The notes beneath the pieces are model-generated. The model was given only the letters and a program-made list of their open reading frames with translations. It did not search any database and was not told the DNA's origin. Shown piece by piece: positions 1 to 8,998 of a stretch of 28,904 bases of DNA. A program made the translations under genes and the position numbers. Source of the stretch: Pseudomonadota bacterium (GTDB lineage Bacteria > Bdellovibrionota > FAC87 > UBA2466); the NCBI GenBank assembly GCA_043718025.1, contig JAYSWN010000111.1, positions 1 through 28,904 of the forward strand, given 5' to 3'. Position 1 is the stretch's first letter. The number at the start of each line of letters is the position of its first letter.

Positions 1-3000
1 ATGGTGGCAATTTTTGGTACTCTTTCGTGAAGCAATAATTCGGTGGCTTTGAATTGCGGGTCAGAAAGAAAACGCTTTTGCATTTTTTTATCAAGCAGCC
101 GATAGGCCAACGAGAGAAACGCCATTCCCTGATGATGCGCCATGAACGAACGTACGATAGCGCTCGCTTGGTCGGACACCATGCGTAACGGAGTAAAATC
201 TATCGCCTCGTAAAAACCAAATTGACCCTCGTAGCCCAATGCCTTCATCCGTTTGAGATTCTCACAAGCCTCAAGCGGAGCCACCATCAGTGACATGACC
301 GAAGCGTAAGGAGCGATGACCAGGTCATCAGCCAGCCCTCGCTTAAATCCTAAACCGGGCACGCCGAAGGCCCGATACTGATAGTTAAGGTGGACGTCGG
401 TGGTGTTATAGCCGCTCTCAGAAATCCCCCACGGAACCCCGCGCTCATCACCGTATTCGATCTGCCGTTGAACCGAGGTGCGGTAGGTACGGTCAAGCAA
501 AGTGTCTTTGAACGTCGGCATGACGAGCAGAGGCATCAGGTACTCAAACATTGAGCCGCTCCACGAGAGCAGGGTGGTCTCCTGATTACAGGAGGTGAGC
601 AATCGGCCGAGCGAAAACCAATGCTCTTGGGGCAGAAGACCTTGGGCAATCGCCACGAAGCTGCATAGTCTTGCTTCGGAAGCGAGTAGATCGTAAAAGC
701 CCGCATCACGCCTGTGTTCACTAACATTGTAACCAATACTCAGCAGGTGACGTTGCCGATCGTACAGGAACTCGTATTCCATCATCGTAAAAGCGTCACA
801 ACGTCGAGCTAGTGCTTCGATTTCACCAATCCGCTGCCTGGCCCGAGCGCTCATCTCTTTCGTCACCTCGGTAAGTTGAAGTAACCAGGCAGCTTCGCTT
901 GCTTCGCTTGCTTCGCCATTTTTCAACGCGGAGGTGATCTCACTGATTAACGGTCGAAATATCGTTTCGGCATTGGCCGCTTTTCGAAGGGTGGGAAGGT
1001 ACTCAAGCTCAGATAGCCGGTGGCGCAGCTTACCCTTCGCTTGTCCGTCGTCGCAATCTGGTCCGTTAAAAAGGGTGTGCGGTGGAGTGGGCAGCAAACT
1101 CCAGCCCCCGAAAATCTCTACGTGCTGGTCGACCAGCTCATGGCACTCCTCGCGCAGAGTATTCAGCCACCAACGCTCTTCTTCGTTTATGGGCAGTGCG
1201 AGTGCGGCCAGCTCGTTTTTTAAAATATGCTGTAGTTCACTAACCATTTTCCGGTTAGAGGGCTTTGCTTTCAGTATCGTTTGAATTGAATCGTACGCCT
1301 TTGCCTCGGGAGCAGCCTCGATTAAAGCGGAAAACGAATCTCTCAGCCCCGCAAAAGCATCCTGAGGAATTGACCTTTGGTCAGGAAGTTCGATTAAACC
1401 CTGTTTGAGGGTAAGCAGAAGACCAGCCAAGTTGCCGCTATCGACGGTTGAAACGTAAAGTGGCGCCAGGGGTTTGAGTGAAGTTGTGTCGTACCAATTA
1501 TATAAATGGCCACGAAACCGTTCCAACTGCTCCATGGCATCGAGCGCCTTCGCGGTGCGATTCAACAAATTGCGCGCGGAGAGGTATCCAAAATCAAAAG
1601 CACTCAAATTGGCTAACAGCGAGAGGCCAATGTTAGTCGGTGAAGTGCGGTGGGCAACCACGGCAACCGGATACTCTTGATAGTTATCGGGAGGCAACCA
1701 ATTGTCTTCGGAACCGATAAAGGTTTCAAAAAACCGCCAGGTTTTACGTGAAAGGCGATGCAGGTATTCGGTGTCGGCCGAATCCAGCACTACCTCGTCC
1801 TCCATCAGCTGGCGGCTAATCAAAAAGGCCACGACTGGGGAAAGGAGCCAGGTCACGAGGAAAGGGAGTGCGGACCAAAAATCCGCAGGAAAAAAGTGGG
1901 ACCCCGCCCTGTGAAACTGAGCGGCTAAAACTAACGGAACAGCTAACGTTAATAAGGTGGCCGTGCCCATGGTGCGATAAAACTGAAAGAGCGTCGGCGC
2001 CACCGCTTCTTTAAAATGGCTACCTGATTTCCATTCTAGGAGCCGTTTGCGGGTGAGCCACAGGCGAAGTTGAGTCCGCAAAATGGCGTCTCCCGAGACA
2101 AAGGCTTCGTACGGCAAAAAGATGACCGTAATGAATCCTTTAATCAGATTCCGAATTAGCGAACGTGCGGTTCCGTATAGGTGAAGCCTCAACGATACTT
2201 CGGGAGATTTGCGCATGGCTCCGGCCAAACAGGTCACCAGCGGAGGAAGAAAAATCATGGCCAAAATAACTTGGGGTAAAAACCACTGGTGTCCGTCATT
2301 GGGCAAACTGAGCCAGCCCACAAAAAGCAGCACGAGCGATGCTATCGGTACGAGACTGCGGCGTAGGTTGTCTAAGATCTTCCACCGCGAAAGCCAAGAG
2401 ACCGGATTCTTTCGGCACTTCCCGCCGAATCCAGCCACGGGCGAAAAAAGCCACTGTCCGATCTGCCAGTCGCCCCTTATCCAGCGATGCCGGCGCTTTA
2501 CATCTTCGCTATAAAGATTAGGAAACTCCTCATTCAACGTAATATCGCTGACCAGTGCGCAGCGGACGTAGGATCCCTCGAGCAAATCGTGGCTAAGAAT
2601 TTGATTCTCAGGCAAAACGTTTTTCAGCGCACGGGTAACCGAATCTACGTCGTAAATACCTTTTCCGACAAAAGAGCCTTCACGAAAAAGATCTTGGTAC
2701 ACGTCTGAAACCGCATGAGTGTAGGGGTCGATACCCGCGTCGCCGACGTGCAATCTAACAAATAAAGATCGGCGAGAGCCGGGTAGGCTCGCCGAAATGC
2801 GCGGCTGAAGGATGCCGTAACCCGCCACCACGCGCCCCAGCTTTGGGTCAAACTGCGGACGGTTGAGTGGATGGGAGAGGGTGCCTACTAATTTGTGAGC
2901 CACGTCACGCGGAAGCTCAGTGTCCGTATCGAGGGTGATCACGTACTTTACTTCGGACAAACGGCGCGTCTCTCCGACGATCGTGACGAAGGGAGGTTTT

Positions 3001-4901
3001 AACGATTCGTCGGCAGTGGGGCGGAGAAAGGAGTTAAGGGCTTCAAGCTTTCCGCGTTTGCGTTCGTACCCCATCCAGACCTTTTCGTGGGCATTCCATT
3101 CGCGTTTGCGATGAAAGAGGAAAAAGAGATCGCGCCGGTCGCCAGCGTACTTAATATTCAGCGCATCGATTCCCTTTTCGGCCGCACTGAGTATTTTTTC
3201 ATCGCCAGGAAGGGTTTCGGCCTTTGCATCCGAAAAATCAGTAACCAGCCCAAAGTGCAGGTTTTCGTCACGATTGGCGAGGTAGCGGACTTCCAAATCT
3301 TCGACTAACGCTTCTACCGCGGCTTCGCTCGTGAGCAGGGTTGGTACCGCCACCAGGGTTCGAAAGCGCGCCGGAATGCCCTTTGAAAAATCAAGCCGCG
3401 GGAGCAGATTTGGCTTCACCGTGGCCATCGTCGCCCAATTCACCAAAGAAATGGCCACTTCGCTGGCGCAAACAAAGAGAAGCATCGTCACGAAGGCTAG
3501 CGTAATCGGACTTAAGGCAACTTCGGCAAAACGGGTCGCCACGAGAATCGTGATCGTCGCGGCGATGAGGGCTGCGGCCGCGCCGTGAAAAAACAGTCCG
3601 ACTGACTCTCGCCGCTTTGAAAAAAAATGAAGCACGGTGGCGTTGATGCCTAGTGATGTTTCTAGTTCTACCCTGCCCTTGTCGACGAGATAATAGCCAA
3701 CGTGCGCTAGACGTTCGGCCAGCGGCGCCTCGGTTTGAGCGGCGGCAAGAGCCACCGCCTGATTGGCTACGTCCTTCTCACTCCGCTTGCTTCGACGAGC
3801 GACAGACTCCACCACTTGTCGATAATGGTCGCGAGTTTGAAAATCCATCGCTCCATAAACTCCGGTTGGATCTTTTTGCAGCTCTTTGTCGATAGCATTC
3901 ATCGACTCTACGAACTCACGCCAGTTCATGGCCCCGAGAAAACGAAGACTGCCGATACTGGCACCTACGGACACTTGGTTGGCCGCTTGCTGCTGATTTT
4001 CGAGTTCTACGGTCTGAGCGGTGGAGAGACCTCGATCGGCTAACTGAAGCTCAATCCAACTCAATGGGATATCGAGCGCAGAACCCTGCCCCAGCAAACG
4101 GCGCTCAAATTCGGCAACGAAGGCATTGGTAGTTTGGGGTTGGGCTCGGGCCATGTCGGCGGCCACCAGGATAAGGTTTTTTGGATCTTGTTCGGCGCAC
4201 CGAAGCATGGCATCGGCCCACTTGTTGGCCAGTCGGCGATCATTAAGCCCAATGACCACGCGCGCCGCCACCCGCCGCAGGTTTTCAATTAGGGCTAAGC
4301 GGAACATGATTGGAATCGCCCAGAATTCGCCGAGCTTCAGCGGCACTACCCGTTGGTAGGCGGAAACAAAGGTCGAAATGTTTTCACGGTCTACTCGGCC
4401 GTCGACGTGAGCAATGACTTCGAGAGCAATATCGTACACACGGGGAAAGCCAACGTTTTGGTTATTGGTAAGATACGGCAGCTCGCGACTGTAACCGACG
4501 GGGAGATGGCGCCTGGCCGTGCGGATCTCTTCTTCGATAAGATGAAAGTTATCTAACAACCACTCCCCGGCGGGGGAGATTCGTTCTTTGTTGTGCAAGG
4601 CCGCGCTCAGCTCTTCATAGGACTGGAGAAGCACCTTCTCATTCTCCGACAATCTTAGGAGGAGGAGATCCTGACTGGGGCCTGAACCAATACGGTGACC
4701 GTCCGCTAAGCCTCGCGCGTGGCTCTGCAGCTGCTCGAGACTAAAGAGTTCAAGACGTAAGGGCGGCTGCGTTTCTGCTTCGGACAAAGAAGCGAGGGGG
4801 TGAAGGGTACGCCAACGGGAGGTGGCTTTTCGCCGTACGCCGCGCCACCATAACTTTAGTATCCGAGAGTCTTTTGCGATCCGCTTTTTTATATCGACCA
4901 C
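1..4901 (-). CDS. ndvB: Cyclic beta-1,2-glucan synthase (NdvB/Cgs family), 5' portion; 3' end runs off the window
   Basis: Manual minus-strand translation spot-checked in one consistent frame: PLRLELFSLEQL (~4760), AGEWLLDNF (~4560), LKLGEFWAIPIMFRLALIENLRR (~4320), WMGYERKRGKL (~3065), RWIRGDWQI (~2480), GHLYNWYD (~1500), VRSFMAHHQGM (~140). Probable GTG start at 4899-4901; in-frame TAA upstream at 4935-4937. The GH94 phosphorylase part would lie beyond position 1. Confidence 0.93.
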   Translation of the reverse strand, partial: MVDIKKRIAKDSRILKLWWRGVRRKATSRWRTLHPLASLSEAETQPPLRLELFSLEQLQSHARGLADGHRIGSGPSQDLLLLRLSENEKVLLQSYEELSAALHNKERISPAGEWLLDNFHLIEEEIRTARRHLPVGYSRELPYLTNNQNVGFPRVYDIALEVIAHVDGRVDRENISTFVSAYQRVVPLKLGEFWAIPIMFRLALIENLRRVAARVVIGLNDRRLANKWADAMLRCAEQDPKNLILVAADMARAQPQTTNAFVAEFERRLLGQGSALDIPLSWIELQLADRGLSTAQTVELENQQQAANQVSVGASIGSLRFLGAMNWREFVESMNAIDKELQKDPTGVYGAMDFQTRDHYRQVVESVARRSKRSEKDVANQAVALAAAQTEAPLAERLAHVGYYLVDKGRVELETSLGINATVLHFFSKRRESVGLFFHGAAAALIAATITILVATRFAEVALSPITLAFVTMLLFVCASEVAISLVNWATMATVKPNLLPRLDFSKGIPARFRTLVAVPTLLTSEAAVEALVEDLEVRYLANRDENLHFGLVTDFSDAKAETLPGDEKILSAAEKGIDALNIKYAGDRRDLFFLFHRKREWNAHEKVWMGYERKRGKLEALNSFLRPTADESLKPPFVTIVGETRRLSEVKYVITLDTDTELPRDVAHKLVGTLSHPLNRPQFDPKLGRVVAGYGILQPRISASLPGSRRSLFVRLHVGDAGIDPYTHAVSDVYQDLFREGSFVGKGIYDVDSVTRALKNVLPENQILSHDLLEGSYVRCALVSDITLNEEFPNLYSEDVKRRHRWIRGDWQIGQWLFSPVAGFGGKCRKNPVSWLSRWKILDNLRRSLVPIASLVLLFVGWLSLPNDGHQWFLPQVILAMIFLPPLVTCLAGAMRKSPEVSLRLHLYGTARSLIRNLIKGFITVIFLPYEAFVSGDAILRTQLRLWLTRKRLLEWKSGSHFKEAVAPTLFQFYRTMGTATLLTLAVPLVLAAQFHRAGSHFFPADFWSALPFLVTWLLSPVVAFLISRQLMEDEVVLDSADTEYLHRLSRKTWRFFETFIGSEDNWLPPDNYQEYPVAVVAHRTSPTNIGLSLLANLSAFDFGYLSARNLLNRTAKALDAMEQLERFRGHLYNWYDTTSLKPLAPLYVSTVDSGNLAGLLLTLKQGLIELPDQRSIPQDAFAGLRDSFSALIEAAPEAKAYDSIQTILKAKPSNRKMVSELQHILKNELAALALPINEEERWWLNTLREECHELVDQHVEIFGGWSLLPTPPHTLFNGPDCDDGQAKGKLRHRLSELEYLPTLRKAANAETIFRPLISEITSALKNGEASEASEAAWLLQLTEVTKEMSARARQRIGEIEALARRCDAFTMMEYEFLYDRQRHLLSIGYNVSEHRRDAGFYDLLASEARLCSFVAIAQGLLPQEHWFSLGRLLTSCNQETTLLSWSGSMFEYLMPLLVMPTFKDTLLDRTYRTSVQRQIEYGDERGVPWGISESGYNTTDVHLNYQYRAFGVPGLGFKRGLADDLVIAPYASVMSLMVAPLEACENLKRMKALGYEGQFGFYEAIDFTPLRMVSDQASAIVRSFMAHHQGMAFLSLAYRLLDKKMQKRFLSDPQFKATELLLHERVPKIAT
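892..917. repeat. 9-bp tandem repeat (GCTTCGCTT x ~2.9) inside ndvB, in frame (EAS-EAS-EA)
   Basis: gcttcgctt gcttcgctt gcttcgcc read directly at 892-917. Confidence 0.8.
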
Positions 4902-5188
4902 AAATCTCGATTCGTTGGGAGTTAGGCTAATTGCTTAAGAGAAGCATCAAAGTGTGCTGAATTTCTTATCATCTGTAGCTACGCACGTCATTGGGCAAAC
5001 TCATAAACGAAGAATTAGAAAGATCGGCCATGGAATTCGAAAGGGAGAGCTATCGAATAATGTCGTGATGCGCAGACCTGCCGCAAAAAAATCAACCAAC
5101 TGCTCAAGATAAACTAGCCAAAAAGGTATGTGTGAAACGATTCCGCGATCGGAGAAGATGTTTAAGCCTTCAAAAAAGGATAAACATC

Positions 5189-7534
5189 GTGAAACATTAC
5201 TTCATACAGGTTTTGATTTTGCCCCTACTTATCGGCTGCTTTGGTAGCGATCCGAATGCGATTTCCCCCAAGCTGAACACTGAATGCGTAACTCTCAATG
5301 AAAAGAAACTCTGCTACGAGGTAATACGAGGAATGGCGGTCTTCGCCGGTGACATTATTCTCGATGAGGTCGAAAAAGTTCGCGGCTATCCGCGGGCGGC
5401 CGCAAGTTTTAACGCCCGCTTTGCCTTCACCACCACCTGGAGCCCTTCGCAACTGTGGTTAGCGGGGGCTATGCCCTACGTGATCGACGCCGCTTTAATT
5501 TCTCAGTACCCAGAGCGCGTTGAAGAGATTCAAAGGGCGATCGACATGATTAACCATCGCACTTTCGCCAAAATTTATCCGCGCCGAAACGAAGCCGACT
5601 ACCTCGTTTTTCAAATTTCACGTGATGAAAATTCATGCAACTCACGCTTGGGAAGAGTAGGCGGAGCACAGGCTATCAATGTAAGTCGCTTTGGATGCGA
5701 CGGCGGCCCCGGTGGTATCGCCCACGAAATAATGCACGCCATGGGTTTTTTACATGAACACCAACGTCCCGATCGCGACTCAGCCGTTACCATTTTCTTC
5801 GACCGCATCAATCCCACGTACCGTTATAACTTCGACGTGAACCCCTTTCCCCGGGGCACCATTGGTGGCTACGATCTTGACTCGGTAATGCAGTACAGTT
5901 CGTTCGCTTTCTCTACCGATGGGCAGCCAACGATCCTTGCCAAGAACGGTCGCACTCTCTCGGCCCCTTACTTCATTTCGCCGCTTGATGTGGAATCGAT
6001 AAACCAGCTGGTGGTGGCCTCCTTTACTCATGAACCGTCCTTTTTTAGGCAAAATCCGGCCTATTGGGACTTCTTCATTGATTGGACCCGTTACCAGATT
6101 ATGGGGCAAGGCGCCGACGCCGCCGTGTACGGCGTATTCCGTGGCAATTTAATGGGCTTGCAGGCGATGAAGGCCACCGAACTTGATTGGTTACGACAAA
6201 ATCCCGCGACCTGGGAAGCCCTAATCCGCCGCTGTTGGTACGAAGTTTTGGGAACCGAAGTCGATGCCCAATCGCTAGTGAATTGGAAGAATAGCGTAGT
6301 TGGCTACGCCGCACTAAAAGCCGCCTTGTTGAATTACGTTGGCCAAAATCGTAACGTTTGGGTCGATACCATCAATCGGGTATGGCTAAATATGACCGGT
6401 AGTGTCGATAGCAACGCAATCGGTATTTGGGGTTCACGAATCGATGGGTACCTGGTCATTCGCGATGCGATTAGCAGCTACTATCGTAATACTCCGGCGG
6501 CCTGGACTGCGCTGATCCAACGGGTGTGGCGCGAGACGACGGGTTCTGAAATCGATGCCGCAAGCCTTGCCTACTGGAATTCCCAACCAGTCGGCTACCA
6601 GGCAATACGAGATTCACTACTATCCATTTACCAAGTAAACCCTGCAGAGATGACCGCCCTGATTCAACGCGTGTGGCAGGAAATTAACGGTAGAGAAGCG
6701 AACGAGGGTGAACTTTCTTACGCACGAGCTCATTTCGATGGTTACCAAGCGCTACGCGACTCGCAATTGGCCAACTACCGAACCAATCCTGCTGAGTGGC
6801 AGACGCTAATTACAAAAATTTTCCGGGAAATCGCTGGCCGAGCGGCCAGCGATAGCGAATTCGCTTATTGGAGAAACTCGGTTGTCGGCTACCAGACAAT
6901 ACGTGATTCTCTGTTGGCCTACTACCGATCAACGCCTGGCGCGTGGGGCGTGCTGATTCAAAAAGTGCGGCAGGAAGTTTCAAATCGAGCAGCCACCCCT
7001 AAAGAGTTCGGCTACTGGCAAGCCTCGGTCGTGGGCTACCAAGTGATGAAAAATGCCGTTTTGCAAGAGATGGCGCAAGACCCCGATGGCTGGAAAGAGG
7101 TCATCAAATCCGTTTGGCTCGAAGTAATTGGCACCGGCATCGATGCCGCCAATCTCGGCCGCTGGCAAACCAAGGCTATCGGTTACGAAACCCTCAAAAA
7201 TTTGCTCATCGACGATTTAAAAGCCGCCCCCAAAAATTGGACGGAAATCATCGATACCGTTTTCCAGGAAATGGTCGGAGCCGCGGCAAGTCCCGCCGCA
7301 CTGGCCCAATGGCAAGCAAACGTCGTGGGTCACCAAGCGCTCAAGAATATTCTAAGGAGTGCGATCGCGATGGATTCGCAGCTGAGGAATGCGCTAATTT
7401 CGCAGGCCTGGCATTCGATTTACGGCCGTGAGATTCCCTCGGGAAGTCGTGCCTATTGGTTAAATCGACCCATTAGTTTCCGCGACCTAGTAAACTTACA
7501 ATCCGGCTTTAGCCGCTCGCTGGCCGTGCCGTGA
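5189..7534 (+). CDS. Astacin-family (M12A) zinc metalloprotease lipoprotein with ten ~49-aa C-terminal helical repeats
   Basis: HEIMHAMGFLHEHQRPDRD zinc motif, Met-turn YDLDSVMQY, CNSRLGRVGG, propeptide FAGDIIL. GTG at 5189 follows AAGGA and gives the lipobox signal MKHYFIQVLILPLLIG-C (ORF track start is 5132). Confidence 0.9.
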   Translation: MKHYFIQVLILPLLIGCFGSDPNAISPKLNTECVTLNEKKLCYEVIRGMAVFAGDIILDEVEKVRGYPRAAASFNARFAFTTTWSPSQLWLAGAMPYVIDAALISQYPERVEEIQRAIDMINHRTFAKIYPRRNEADYLVFQISRDENSCNSRLGRVGGAQAINVSRFGCDGGPGGIAHEIMHAMGFLHEHQRPDRDSAVTIFFDRINPTYRYNFDVNPFPRGTIGGYDLDSVMQYSSFAFSTDGQPTILAKNGRTLSAPYFISPLDVESINQLVVASFTHEPSFFRQNPAYWDFFIDWTRYQIMGQGADAAVYGVFRGNLMGLQAMKATELDWLRQNPATWEALIRRCWYEVLGTEVDAQSLVNWKNSVVGYAALKAALLNYVGQNRNVWVDTINRVWLNMTGSVDSNAIGIWGSRIDGYLVIRDAISSYYRNTPAAWTALIQRVWRETTGSEIDAASLAYWNSQPVGYQAIRDSLLSIYQVNPAEMTALIQRVWQEINGREANEGELSYARAHFDGYQALRDSQLANYRTNPAEWQTLITKIFREIAGRAASDSEFAYWRNSVVGYQTIRDSLLAYYRSTPGAWGVLIQKVRQEVSNRAATPKEFGYWQASVVGYQVMKNAVLQEMAQDPDGWKEVIKSVWLEVIGTGIDAANLGRWQTKAIGYETLKNLLIDDLKAAPKNWTEIIDTVFQEMVGAAASPAALAQWQANVVGHQALKNILRSAIAMDSQLRNALISQAWHSIYGREIPSGSRAYWLNRPISFRDLVNLQSGFSRSLAVP
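6047..7516 (+). repeat. Ten tandem ~49-aa (147-nt) coding repeats, DUF4214-like
   Basis: Units align on consensus xxNPxxWxxLIxRVWxExxGxxxxxxxLxYWxxxxxGYQAIRDxLLxxY. Confidence 0.85.
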
Positions 7535-7548
7535 AAAAAAGGAAGCAA

Positions 7549-8010
7549 ATGAAACAAACTCTAATCTTGCCCGTGCTACTTTTACTCTCCGTAATAAACG
7601 GCGGCTGCACCTTAAAGGAGAACGGCAATGGCCGCACTATTCAATTCGGCGCCGCTCCCGCAGTTGCGTGTTCATCTGGAAAGCTCTCAAATCAAGTCTG
7701 CTACTACCTTGCCGCAATCAACCAGAGTTGCCGCACTTTTTGCGCTGGCCACGGGGGCGACCATCCAGCGACTATCGACACCATTGGCGCCGGCGGCACT
7801 CAAGCAAACTGTGCGGCGGTAGCAGGTCTGTTTGGGATCAGCCAAGCGGCGGGTGATTTGGATTATTTGGCACAGGGTCCGGGGGCCCCCCGGGGAATCG
7901 GCTGCGCGATTCGACCCGATAAAAAGGGTTACGTCTACGACGTTGCTTTTCCCACCGTACCTGAAGGTCGCGATGACCTTTCACAGCGCCTTTGCGCATG
8001 TAAGGACTAA
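7549..8010 (+). CDS. Small Cys-rich lipoprotein, probably co-transcribed with the astacin gene
   Basis: MKQTLILPVLLLLSVINGG-C lipobox-like signal after AAGGAAG; CYY..QSCxxFC..GG...C...GC...RLCAC pattern; alternative GTG at 7531 overlaps the upstream stop (GTGA). Confidence 0.8.
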   Translation: MKQTLILPVLLLLSVINGGCTLKENGNGRTIQFGAAPAVACSSGKLSNQVCYYLAAINQSCRTFCAGHGGDHPATIDTIGAGGTQANCAAVAGLFGISQAAGDLDYLAQGPGAPRGIGCAIRPDKKGYVYDVAFPTVPEGRDDLSQRLCACKD

Positions 8011-8035
8011 ACTACTGAGTCGGCTTTACTTCGGC

Positions 8036-8755
8036 TTAAAGCGAAATTGGCGCCACGATGCCAGCAATCTGCTGGTTAGCTCGGCAAAACGTTACGTCCG
8101 TGTCGTCGACGTTGCCGTCTCGATTCAAATCAAACTCATTGGTCACGGCGACACCCTGCGCGAAATTTTCTCTTAGCCTTGAAACGTCGGAGGCGTTGAC
8201 CCTTATTCTAGTAAGGGTATCCCCCACATTGACCGCGGCCAAAACATGTCCGAAATAAAAGATGTCGGCAGTTTTCAACTGAGCAACCTCATCGGCTTTT
8301 ACCGTCACTTTTAGCCACGTGTTCTTAATGGCCCCATCGGCAAACACGATTTTTAGCCGGGTTGAATAATTTGCGCCTTGACCGTGCAATAGTTCGAGCG
8401 TGGGAATCGCCGTCAGTGGCACAAACCCCTCGACCGCGATGCCATTCCAAGTTGCGAACTCGACTGTCTTTAAAAAATCTGAGGCGGTTATTGAAGATCC
8501 TATGTTTTGAAAGTCTATGATTATTCCGTTGAGTCCGCGCTCGTAATTTGTCCAGTTGGTGAAGGCCGAAGGGCCTGAAACCAGGGGCTGCTTCGAAGTG
8601 TCAATCGCGGCTTCAGCCGAACCTGAAGAACTAAACGCCGTCGACTGATTGTAAAAAATAAATCTGCTCGCGATTGCCGGACTACCGGAGCCTAACTTCA
8701 GAACATCGCAGGAGACGAACAAGAAACTTAAAACGAGAATCAGAATGAAACGCAT
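8036..8755 (-). CDS. Lipoprotein composed of a Planctomycete-type C-terminal domain with a dockerin/EF-hand-like Ca-binding motif
   Basis: MRFILILVLSFLFVS-C lipobox; RFIFYNQS...AIDTSKQPL...NYERGLNGIIIDF...IKNTWLKVTV...DIFYFG; FDLNRDGNVDDTD. Confidence 0.75.
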   Translation of the reverse strand: MRFILILVLSFLFVSCDVLKLGSGSPAIASRFIFYNQSTAFSSSGSAEAAIDTSKQPLVSGPSAFTNWTNYERGLNGIIIDFQNIGSSITASDFLKTVEFATWNGIAVEGFVPLTAIPTLELLHGQGANYSTRLKIVFADGAIKNTWLKVTVKADEVAQLKTADIFYFGHVLAAVNVGDTLTRIRVNASDVSRLRENFAQGVAVTNEFDLNRDGNVDDTDVTFCRANQQIAGIVAPISL

Positions 8756-8998
8756 AAATTTCTTCCTATACGTACAGGTCAGTTACAGACGAACAGCAGG
8801 CTATATTCTTCTCGGGTTTTTATCGAACTAACTTGATGAATTTGTTCTTTTCAAAATACGGATGGATGCCACCGCCGTGCGGCGGGTGCCACTCGCCGCT
8901 TAGCCTCACATAATTCCGTCACAATTAATGGTTACCCTAAACTGGGGTTGCCTTTTGTCCCTCTTTTCCAAGCACAATGATCTAAATCGAGAAATTAT

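Noticed and set aside
892..917. 9-bp tandem repeat as a phase-variation switch
   Set aside because: Unit length is a multiple of 3 and there are only ~3 copies, so slippage would not shift the frame
536..4556. About 18 short ORFs in the ORF track
   Set aside because: Antisense or off-frame shadows of the ndvB gene; no recognisable motifs
6047..7516. Periodic sequence as a CRISPR array or DNA repeat element
   Set aside because: Repeats are diverged protein-coding units; no identical direct repeats with spacers, and no cas genes
8872..8885. GC-rich hairpin CCGCC-gtgc-GGCGG in a divergent intergenic region
   Set aside because: Too short; no second copy seen and no ncRNA or REP evidence
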